64,000 nt of DNA from Pristiophorus japonicus (lineage: Eukaryota). Made by a program: the position numbers and the translations under genes. The stretch lies in NCBI RefSeq assembly GCF_044704955.1, contig NC_091994.1, positions 47,678,001 to 47,742,000 on the forward strand, written 5' to 3'. Shown here piece after piece: positions 24,901-34,760 of the stretch (positions are counted from its first letter, which is position 1; each line of letters opens with the position of its first letter). Under the pieces are notes generated by a model, which worked only from the letters and a program-made list of their open reading frames with translations, did no database searches and was not told the origin of the DNA.

Positions 24901-26340
24901 CTAATGTAACACCACTTTTTAAAAAAGGAGGGAGAGAGAAAACGGGTAATTATCGACCGGTTAGTCTGACATCAGTAGTGGGGAAAATGTTCGAATCTAT
25001 TATTAAGGATGAAATAGCAGCGCATTTGGAAAGCGGTGACAGGATCGGTCCAAGTCAGCATGGATTTATGAAAGGGAAATCATGCTTGACCAATCTTCTG
25101 GAATTTTTTGAAGATGTAACTAGTAGAGTCGACAAGGGAGGACCAGTGGATGTGGTGTATTTGGACTTTCAAAAGGCCTTTGACAAGGTACCACATAAGA
25201 GATTGGTGTACAAGATCAAGGCACATGGTATTGGGGGTAATGTACTGGCGTGGATAGAGAATTGGTTGGCAGGCAGGAAACAGAAAGTCGGGATAAATGT
25301 GTCCTTTTCAGAATGGGAGGCAGTAACTAGTGGAGTACCGCAGGGCTCAGTGCTGGGACCCCAGCTCTTCACAATATACATTAATGATTTGGATGAAGGA
25401 ATTGAGGGTAATATCTCCAAGTTTGCAGATGACACTAAACTGGGTGGCGGTGTGAGCTGTGAGGAGGATGCTAAGAGGCTGCAGGGTAATTTGGACAGGT
25501 TAGGAGAGTGGGCAAATGCAGTATAATGTGGATAAATGTGAGGTTATCCATTTTGGTGGCAAAAACACGAAGGCAGAATATTATCTGAATGGCGGCAGAT
25601 TAGGAAAAGGGTAGGTGCAACGAGACCTGGGTGTCATGGTTCATCAGTCATTGAAAGTTGGCATGCAGGTACAGCAGGCGATGAAGAAGGCAAATAGCAT
25701 GTTGGCCTTCATAGCTAGGGGATTTGAGTATAGGAGCAGGGAGGTCTTACTGCAGTTTTACAGGGCCTTGGTGAGGCCTCACCTGGAATATTGTGTTCAG
25801 TTTTGGTCTCCTAATCAGAGGAAGGATGTTCTTGCTATTGAGGGAATGCAGTGAAGGTTCACCAGACTGATTCCAGGGATGGCTAGACTGACATATGAGG
25901 AGAGACTGGATCAACTGGGCCTTTATACACAGGAGTTTAGAAGGATGAGAGGGGATCTCATAGAAACGTATAAGATTCTGACGGGACGGGACAGCTTAGA
26001 TGCGGGAAGAATGTTCTCGATGTTGGGGAAGTCCAAAACCAGGGGACACAGTCATAGGATAAGGGGTAGGCCATTTAAGACTAAGTTGAGGAGAAACTTC
26101 TTCACTCAGGGTGTTGTTAACCTGTGGAATTCCCTGCCGCAGAGAGTCGTTGATGCCAGTTCATTGGATATATTCAAGAGGGAGTTAGATGTGGCCCTTA
26201 CGGCTGAAGGGATCAAGGGGTATGGAGAGAAAGCGGGAAAGGGGTACTGTGGTGAATGATCAGCCATGATGTTATTGAATGGTGGTGCAGGCTCGAAGGG
26301 CCGAATGGCCTAGTCCTGCACCTATTTTCTATGTTTCTAT
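21907..26340 (+). mobile_element. Full-length CR1 LINE (5' UTR with tandem repeat, ORF1 from 22358, disrupted ORF2), nested in an older CR1
   Basis: ORF1 MAGELRHLLCSSC...CGKC (Zn-finger-like), a coiled coil and an esterase. ORF2 has APE and RT motifs with stops and frameshifts. Tail TTTCTATGTTTCTAT. The flanks CTCTTTGAAAGAGC | TATCCAA rejoin a minus-strand CR1 3' UTR (compare 32377-32410). Confidence 0.95.
21965..22172 (+). repeat. 21-bp G-rich tandem repeat in CR1 5' UTR (~10 units)
   Basis: Units GGGAGGTGCGGGGAGAGACCC, with variant GGAGGAGCGTGGAGAG. Confidence 0.95.
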
Positions 26341-27300
26341 CCAAAAAGTCCCATTCGCAATAACCTTGCACATTTTTTCCCCCTTCAAGTATGTATCTAT
26401 TCCCTTTTGAAAGCTATTACTGAATCTGTTCCCACCACCCTTTCAGGCTGTGTATTCCAGATCATAATAACTTGCTGCGTTAAAATGTCTCCTCATCTCG
26501 TCGCTGGTTCTTTTGCCAATTACCTTAAATCTGTGTCCTCTGACTACTGACCCTTCTGTCACTGGAAACAATTTCTCCTTATTTACTCTATCAAAACTCT
26601 TCAAGGTTTTGAATACCTCTATTAAATCTGCTCTCAACCTTCTCTGCTCCAAGGAGAACAGCCCTAGCTTCTCTACGTAACTGAAGGCCCGCATCGCTGA
26701 CACCATTCTAGTAAATTGCCTATGCACCCTCTCTAAAACCTTGACAGCCTTCCTAAAGTGTGGTGCCCAGAATTGGACACAATTCTCCAGCTGCAGCCTA
26801 AGCAGTGTTTTATAAAGGTTTAGCTTTTGTACTCCATACCTCTGTTTATAAAGCTAAGAATCCCATAAGGTTTTTTAACAGCCTTCTCAACTTGTCCTGT
26901 CACCTGCAAAGATTTCTCTCCAGGTTGCTCTGTTCCTGCACTCCCTTTAAAATCGTACCATTTAGTTCATATTGCCTCTCTTTATTCTTCCTACTAAAAT
27001 GTATCACCACACTTCTCTGTATTAAATTGCATCTGTCATATGTCTGCCCATTTCACCAGTCTGTCTATGTCCTCCTAAAGTCCTTCACTATCCTCCTCAC
27101 CATTTACTACATTTCCGACTTTAGTGTCATCTGCAAAATTTGAAATTACGCCAGGTAATACCAAGCCCAGGTCATTAATATATATCAAAGAGCCGTGGTC
27201 CTAATACTGACCCCTGGGGAACACCACTGTATACTTTCCTCCAGTCTGAAAAACAACCGTTTACCACTACTCTCTGCTTTCTGTCCCTTAGCCAATTTTA
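26341..27300 (-). mobile_element. Older CR1 LINE 3' portion (host of the nested element; its extreme 3' end lies at ~21853-21906)
   Basis: LGLFSLEQRRLRADLIEVFK and [10 protein letters not shown] remnants on the minus strand. Confidence 0.85.
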
Positions 27301-27392
27301 CCATACATACTGCATACATACATGTCCCTTTAATCACATGGACCTGTTTTTGAACAGAGATGCAACATTTGCAATCCTCCAGTCCTCTGACA

Positions 27393-27627
27393 TGTAATGT
27401 TTTTGCTTCAAGGGTTCTTGCTTAAGAATTCATAGCAACACATTGCTGTTAAGAACTTGGTTATTAGCAAAAGGTTTAACAATCACACTACACATTACAA
27501 GTTCATCCACCAGGCTCACAACCACCTGCCTCATTGTGCAACCCCCGAACCCAACTGGCTGGGGTTTTATTGAGTCTTGTGAACATCATGTGACTGGCTA
27601 AGCCACTCCCAACTCAACAGCCCTACA
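27393..27627 (-). mobile_element. Possible solo LTR
   Basis: TGTA...TACA termini, 235 bp long, with an internal AATAAA on the minus strand. No clear TSD. Confidence 0.4.
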
Positions 27628-27714
27628 ACTATTTTAGATAGAACTTTAAATCAAGTACCCCCTTTTAGTAAGGACACTAGAACCCACAAATTTCCAAATC
27701 AACTGGGAACCTTG

Positions 27715-28180
27715 CCAAATCAAATTAAAATTTGGTTGCCGGGGGTGATAATGCACTCCAGTTCCTCCGATGCCCACCTCTCGCAGAAGGCTGTGAGCAT
27801 ACTGGTAGATCCCACGTGCTCCAACTCCAGGGACATCCTGGCTCGAACATCGCCACGGAAAAGAGGCAGACAGTCGGGCTAAACAACCCCCTCGATTGCC
27901 CGCTGCCTGGACCGGTTAATGGCCACCTTGGTCAGGCCCAGGAGTAGTCCTACGAGGAGGCCCTCCGACCTGCCCGCTCCTCTCTGCACCGGGTGCCCAA
28001 ACATCAGGAGTGTGGGACTGAAGTGCAGCCAAGAATCGAGGAGCAGCCCCTTCAAATAATGGGCTGCAACCTCACACACTGTACATACACATGGAACACG
28101 GATTCCTCCAGACCACAGAAATTACAAACGACCTGGGAGTCCATGAACCGACTTAAAAACTTATTGCACAGGAAGTGCAT
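27715..28180 (-). mobile_element. Tx1/L1-clade non-LTR retrotransposon 3' fragment
   Basis: Minus strand encodes CNFCGLEESVFHVYVQC (CCHC knuckle), then YLKGLLLDSWLHFSPTLLMFGHP...LGLTKVAINRSR. Confidence 0.7.
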
Positions 28181-28334
28181 ACAGACACCAGAGTTTTAAT
28201 AACACCAGTGTATGAATATCATTAATAATCTTATGTCTGTGCACACGCCTGTCTACAAAATCTTTGTTTCTGACCTTTTGTGTCAACTTATTTCATTATA
28301 AATTCCTACGTCTACATCGATAATGGAAATATAG

Positions 28335-28780
28335 GAAAGATGAGGGAGTTCAGTAGTGTAGAGAGACTAGAGAGGCTGAGATTGTTCTCCTTAGAGCAGA
28401 GAGGGTTAAGAGGTGATTTAATAATGGTATTCAAAATTATGAGGAGTTTTGATGAGAGTAAACAGGGAGAAATAGTTTCCACTGGTAGGAGGGTCGGTAA
28501 CTCGAGGACATAGATTTAAGACGATTGGCAAAAGAACCTGATGGGAGATGAGTTGAAAGTGTTTTACGCAGCGAGTTGTTATGATCAGGAAAGGGTGGTG
28601 GAAGCAGATTCAGTAGTAAATTTCAAAGAGGAATTGGATAAAGACTTGAAAAGGAAAAAAATTGTAGGGCTATGGGGAAAGAGCAGCGGAGTGGGGCTAA
28701 TTGGATAACTCTTTTAGAGCGCCGGCACAGGCACGATGGGCTGAATGGCTTCCTTCTGTGTTGTGCTATGCTATAATTCT
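28335..28780 (+). mobile_element. CR1 3' fragment
   Basis: ERLERLRLFSLEQRGLRGDLI, plus a CR1 3' UTR. Confidence 0.85.
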
Positions 28781-29415
28781 AGGCTAACTAGTCACCCTGT
28801 TATTGGATAATTTGGCTACTGGGTGATTTTTCCACACAAATTGTTAAAAATGCATTGTGAAAAATTTTCAGCTGAAAATTTCTGATCTGCCATTTTTTTT
28901 CTGTTACTGAAATGCCTGATGTCCAAAATATGGGCTTTAACAAAATTAAAACACATTAAAATGTTATATATTTCACAATAACGTGAATTAATTTATCTAT
29001 TGAAGTGTACTTTGTGTCTTTTAATGCCCTCATGAAAGCTTTTATTTGAAGGCAGCAACATCTTCCAAAAATCTGGGCCCGAACTTTACTCATGACTGTG
29101 TGATGTTATGAACTAAATTTGGATTTTTCTAAGTTTTTCTTAAACAGAGAGGCTTTGATTGTTTTTGTGAGAAGAAACATACATTGTATTGATGCTACAC
29201 TGTTATAACTTTTATTTTATCTATAAATGTCTGAACTTATTTGAGCTGAATGGGGAAGATGGAGTGTGTCTTTCGTATTGCTAATGTTAGTTAAAATGTT
29301 AAAAAAAAGTTGAATTTTGAGAACTAATAATCTCACCTATGTTTTGTTGACAGAAAAAAGTAACTGCCAATTGATTGTGAGACAGAGAGACAGACAGATG
29401 GTGCCTTTCCTTATT

Positions 29416-29960
29416 CTAATTTGATTCGAAAAAATCCAAGTTAAAAGGTTGAAAGAAAACACAGCCTATTTTTGAGGGAAACGGATTGGAAGGAAGGGAG
29501 GGGATGAGGAAAACAGCTTGAGAGAGTGGAGGCCTGAGTGGAAGGAGTGGGGGAGGATACAGCGGTGGGATGAATGGATAGTTCAAAAGGGGAAGTGTTA
29601 GGGTTAATGATAGACAGGAAGGTGGTAGTGGAAAGGTGACGCAGTGGGAGTGACAGGATGAGGAGAGTATGAGTAATATGAGGAGGAGATGGGATGGGAA
29701 CAGAGTTGCCGAGGGACACATTTTTCCAACAACCCCATCCCATGGTAGCTACTTTCTCCACTACACCATACCAGACCATTCAACACTTCCCACCCGAAAG
29801 GAACCAAGTAAAAGACAGGGAGAGGAGTAGTACAAGGAAGAGAGAGTTGTAGAAAGAATTAGGAAGAGAGAAGAGAAGAGACAGATAGAGAGGCAGAAAC
29901 AGGAGAGGAGAGAAAGAGAAACAGCAATGAAAAAATTACAGACACAGTATAGAGAGACTC
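29416..29960. repeat. Purine-rich low-complexity tract
   Basis: Strong G/A bias with GGA/AGAG runs and no credible coding signal. Confidence 0.6.
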
Positions 29961-30542
29961 TATGTTCTCTAACTTATCATGTACAATGCCATGGGAGATC
30001 ACGCTACAAGCCAACAATTTCACTTAACAATTTCTACATTACAACAGTGACAACACTTCAAAAAAAAGTACTTAATTGGCTGTAAAGCTCTTTGGGACTT
30101 CCTGTGCTCGTGAAAGGCGTAATATAAATGCCAGTCTGTCTTTAACAAAGCTGCAAACTCCAAGAGTGAAACTCAAATACTTTATTAATGCAGCAGAGAT
30201 TGAATTACTGCATTAACCTCGTTGCTGAATAAGAAGTTTGTGAGGTTTTTTGACTGGTTAGCGAGCAGTACAGACGGTGCAAAATTAAGAAACCCAACAG
30301 CCATAACTTGCAACTCATTCCAACTGCTCCAAACAGAGCAATAAAGAACTGTAGTTGGGATGTTTTCCTGTAATATCTGAGATTGGGAGTCAGCACCAGT
30401 GATCCGAATTCTTCCTGCTCAATTGGGACACTTGTAAGCTATAATCGGGAGGTGGATAGCAGGAAATGTATTGCAGGCTGTAACATTATAAAACATATTT
30501 ACATAGTGATCATTGCCATGTTTTCTCTGGTTCCTATTGCAG

Positions 30543-30865
30543 CTCAGCAACTCCCCGAGTCTTCAGTAAAAGTGCTCGGGCCTTCAGCCAAGGAGATGAG
30601 CGCTAAAGGAGCAGGCACGTTAGTTTGTCTGGTCAGCAAACTGTCCATGGACTTCGCTGCGGTCAGCTGGACAGTCGATGGGAGTCCGACGAGCAGTGAG
30701 GTCCAAACCAGTGTGGTGTCGCGGAACACGGACAACACCTTCAGTCTCAGCAGCTACCCGACGGTCCCCGGCACAGACTGGAGCAGTGGGAAAGTGTACT
30801 CCTGTACAGTTCAACAAGGGACAACTTCGAAAACATCCGCTACAGTCACACAATCCGACTGTTAA
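30543..30865 (+). CDS. Ig light chain constant exon copy 2 (sigma-type C1-set domain), open reading frame, apparently orphan
   Basis: Acceptor TTCCTATTGCAG in phase 1, compatible with the J donor. Reads QQLPESSVKVLGPSAKEMSAKGAGTLVCLVSKL...WTVDG...YSCTVQQG...VTQSDC*, with both domain cysteines, the Trp and the terminal interchain Cys. SSYL is changed to SSYP. Confidence 0.9.
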
Positions 30866-31669
30866 GATAAAAGCTTTACATGCTTGTACTGTCTGATTTG
30901 TGGCAACAATGGGGCACTGCATAACTGGAGTAGAAAATGTTCATTAGAGATCCAAAACGGAGTCCTTCAAATTTATTATTTATTCTCTCGTGTATATTCC
31001 ATTATTTGTGTGGTTTTCTGTACTGCCTTGGAATATTCAGCACCTCCAAAATGGCGGGGGCTGAAAAAAATAATCCATGCAATGGGCGGCTGCTTATTTT
31101 TCTCTCACAGTCTTCAGTTATAGAGTCACAGCTGCTTTATTTTCAGAGATATGCTTGTTGTGGAGCTGATATCTGCCAGTAAATGCAAATCTTCATTCAT
31201 TGTCCTTCTTGTAGTGCTTCAGCCTGAAGTGTGTCAGTCACTTTGAATAATCATTACCAAGCTGACCCAATGGCCCAGTCTGTAGCTGTATTGTCTGTTG
31301 TGGGACCCATCGTACAGGCCAGGAAGGTTCCTCAGTCTCCATCGATTTAGCTGATGGTAGTCTGGGTGCTATACTTGGTCTCAGTGCCCCTGAACTAGGC
31401 AGAAGGGGGTGGGTGCGGAGATCGCCCAGGGCTCCTGCTCCAGATGGCTAATGGGAAGGCAGGCGAGGCCCAGAGCAGGCTCAGCAGGAATGGGCGAATA
31501 GCCTGCTGATGCTCGCTGTCTACCTCACACGTAACTAGCTAGCACTTGGCCAAAGTACTGCAAACGGGCGCATGTGGAACAGTCAGCACCTTCAGAAGAG
31601 GACGGAAGGAAAAGGAATACATTGTTTAATAAGGGAGAGACCACATTTTTAAAAAATTCAACCCGATAT

Positions 31670-31835
31670 TGAATGCACTGCCTGAAAAGGTGGTGGAAGC
31701 AGATTCAATAGTAACTTTCAAAAGGAAAGTGGATATGTACTTGAAAAGGAGAAATTTGCAGGGGATTAGGATCAATTGGTTAGCTCTTTCAAAGAGCCGG
31801 CACTGACATGTAGGACCGGATGGCCTCCTGTGTTG
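31670..31835 (+). mobile_element. CR1 3' terminal fragment
   Basis: GAATGCACTGCCTGAAAAGGTGGTGGAAGCAGATTCAATAG matches the other CR1 3' ends. Confidence 0.75.
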
Positions 31836-32327
31836 TAAGTAACGATATGTGGAAGGACATCACATGCTGGTGTTCCAATGGATTATGCAACACTGAGACA
31901 CAAAGTTTGAAACCCAGAATTCCTTACCTCAGCCATGGTGTCAGGTGAGACACCAGGTGATTCCCCTATAGGGAGGGAAAACCATCTTGCCTGAGTTAGC
32001 ACAGGATGCTGTCCTGCACCACCTGGTAGGTGGTCTTGCAACAGGGTCACCTGACTGGCCTGTTAGGTGCAAGGATGGGCCTGAGAAAGGTCCCACTAAT
32101 GCCTCAGTTGATAAATGCAACATGCGATATACAGACCAGAAGGTGCCAACTTCACCCCTCAGTCTATACCGAGTTAGCTGATCAAAGCCAACTTTACAAT
32201 TAGCCTCAACACCCACCGGATTGGGAGAGGAGAAATCGCCGGGACTCGTGACCCAATGCTGACCCCTGCTGAAAAGTGTGTCCATGGACCTTGGATGAGG
32301 ACCTATTCAGCTCGGATGGAGTGCCCT

Positions 32328-32615
32328 TCATAGAATCATACAGCACAGTTGGAGGCCATTTGGCCCATCGTGCCTGCTCTTTCAAAGAACTTTCCAATTA
32401 GTCCCACTCCCCTGTTCTTTCCTCATAGCTCTGCAATTGTTTCCTTTTCAAGTATTCATCCAATTCTCCTTTGAAAGTTACTATTGAATCTGCTTCTACC
32501 ACCCTTTCAGGTACTGCATTCCAGATCCTAACAACTCGCTGTGTGACAAAAAAAATTCTCCTCTTCCCTCTGGTTCTTTTGCCAATGACATTAAATCTGT
32601 GTCCTCTGGTTACCG
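32328..32615 (-). mobile_element. CR1 3' terminal fragment
   Basis: TRGHRFNVIGKR...QRVVRIWNAVPERVVEADSI, plus a tail. Confidence 0.85.
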
Positions 32616-34612
32616 ACTCTCGTGGTGCCTGGTGTCCTCCCAATTTACTGGTGCATTCCCCCAATTCTTCCATTTACTGGTGGCATCCCCCAATTCACAG
32701 GTCGATCACATACCCATACTTTATCAGCAGTGGTTACGAATCGTGGTCATACGTGACAATCGTGTCTTGATTTTTCTCCCCTCTATCTGATTACTTGCCC
32801 AGCTGAGATCCTCAAATCTAGAACCTTCCTGGTCTTCATGGCTTTTGTATCACACTGGGTGGTGTATTTCCCAGTTGAACCAAAGGTTAGGGGGCTTGAG
32901 AGATCTGACATACACATGATGCTACACCAGCTGTTAGAGGGAACTTGTACACACACAAACTAACCCAGAACACCAAGGAGATGGATGCACACACACATAC
33001 ACAAACAAATACACAATAAAGTACTAAAAACATGTTCTTACCTGTCACAAGATGTCCTCAATCAAGCCATGCGGGCTTTTTCCAAATTAGTTGTTAGTGT
33101 GGCTCACAGCATCAGATTGTTAATCCTTTGTACCAGCTCCATTGATAATGCCACCAGCGCTTACTATTTATGCAATAATGTTCAAAAAATAGACAAATTA
33201 AACTATAAGAATATTAATCAGAAGCATTGTCAGTGGTTTAATTTTTAAACAGTGTAACAATGGTGAAAATAGTTTAAGGGGATCTGAATTCTGAAATATG
33301 ATAATCCTTATTTTAACGGCAGATATCTGTACTTACAGGTCTCTCTCATCCCTCCCCGCCCCTCCATCCTGCTCGCCCTCAATGTTTTAAACCACTGACT
33401 AGGAGCAGCCCGATGGTGTATCTCTTGTGTAGAACTCCATTTTGTGACATGATGATTTGAGAGTGCCCATTTGGGATGTCAGGAGGCTGCATTCCCAACT
33501 AAGACCTTCTTCACTGTTAAGTAGAACTTGTTTTCAATAAAGAGAGTGTGAAAAGGGGATATTGTTTAGAAGGCATCTAGCACCCATGGACTGTACCATA
33601 ATGAGGCCTTCACTAGAGGGAGGGAGAGGTGGGGAGGAGAAAATCAAAGAATTATAGAACAGTTACAGCACAGGTGGCGGCGATTCGGCCCAGCGAGCCT
33701 GTCGGCTCTCGGCAAGAGCACTTCATCTAATCCCACTAGCTGTCCTTTCCCTGTAGCCCTACAAATTTATTTCCTTCAGGTACTTATTTAATTTCTCTTT
33801 GAAAGCCACGATTGAGTCTGCCTTCCCCACCCTCTCAGGCAGTGCATTCCAAATCATTTGCTGCATAAGAAAGTTTTTCCTCATGTTGCCTTTGGTTCTC
33901 CTACCAATCACTTTAAATCTGTGTCCTCTGGTTCTCGACCCTTCCGCCAATGGGAACAGTTTCTCTCTATCTCTCCAGACTCCTCATGATTTTGAACATC
34001 TCTCTTCTCAAAGGAGAACAACCCCAGCTTCTCCAGTATATCCACGTAACTGAAGTCCCTCATGCCTGGAACCATTCTTACAAATCTTTTCTGCACCCTC
34101 TCTAAGATCTTCACATTCTTCCTAAAGCATAGTGCCCAGAATTGGACACAATACTCCAGTTGAGGATGAACCAGTGTTTTCTAAAGATTCATCATAACTT
34201 CCTTGATTTTGTACTCTATACCTCTATTTATGAAATCCAGTATCTTGTATGCTTTTTTAACCGCTTTCTGAACCTGCCCTGCCACCTTCAACGATTTGTG
34301 CACCTATACCCCCAGGACTCTCTGTTCATGCACCCACTTTAGAATTGTGCCATTTAGTTTATATTTCCTACCAAAATATATCACCACCCTTTTCTGGGTT
34401 AAATGTCAGCTGCCACGTGTCCGCCCTTTCCACCAGCCTGTCTATATCCTCGAAGTCTATCACTATCCTCCTAACTGTCCACTATATTTGCAAGTTTTGT
34501 GTCATCTGCAAATTTTAAAATTGTGCCCTGTACACCCAAGTCCAAATCATTAATATATATCAAGAAAAGCAGTGGTCCTAGTACCGGACCTTGGGGAACA
34601 CCACTGTATACC

Positions 34613-34760
34613 TAATACAAAAGCAAAATACTGCAGATGCTGGAAATCTGAAATAAAAATGAAATACTGTTCTGACGAAGGGTCATCGACCTGAAACATT
34701 AACTTTGTTTCTCGCTTCACAGATGCTGCCTAACCCATTTCCAGCATTTTCCGTTTTTAT
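34613..34760. mobile_element. Short Penelope-like terminal-repeat-derived element inserted in CR1
   Basis: Partially inverted arms (GATGCTGGAAAT / ATTTCCAGCAT) around a CTGACGA...GAAAC core. A related arm sequence lies at 62440-62516. Confidence 0.6.
34669..34703 (+). ncRNA. Minimal type I hammerhead ribozyme motif (decayed)
   Basis: GTT-CTGACGA-A-GGGTC-ATC-GACCT-GAA-ACAT-T-AAC: stem I GTT/AAC, core CUGANGA and GAAA, stem II GGTC/GACC. Confidence 0.55.

Noticed and set aside
30243-30285. Nonamer-like GGTTTTTTG upstream of C2 as a second J RSS
   Set aside because: No CACTGTG heptamer at 12 or 23 bp and no FGxG segment or donor.
30383-30542. N-terminal extension of the 160-aa ORF as a signal peptide for a stand-alone C protein
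   Set aside because: It begins at TTG and runs through the polypyrimidine tract and acceptor shared with C1, so it is intron sequence.
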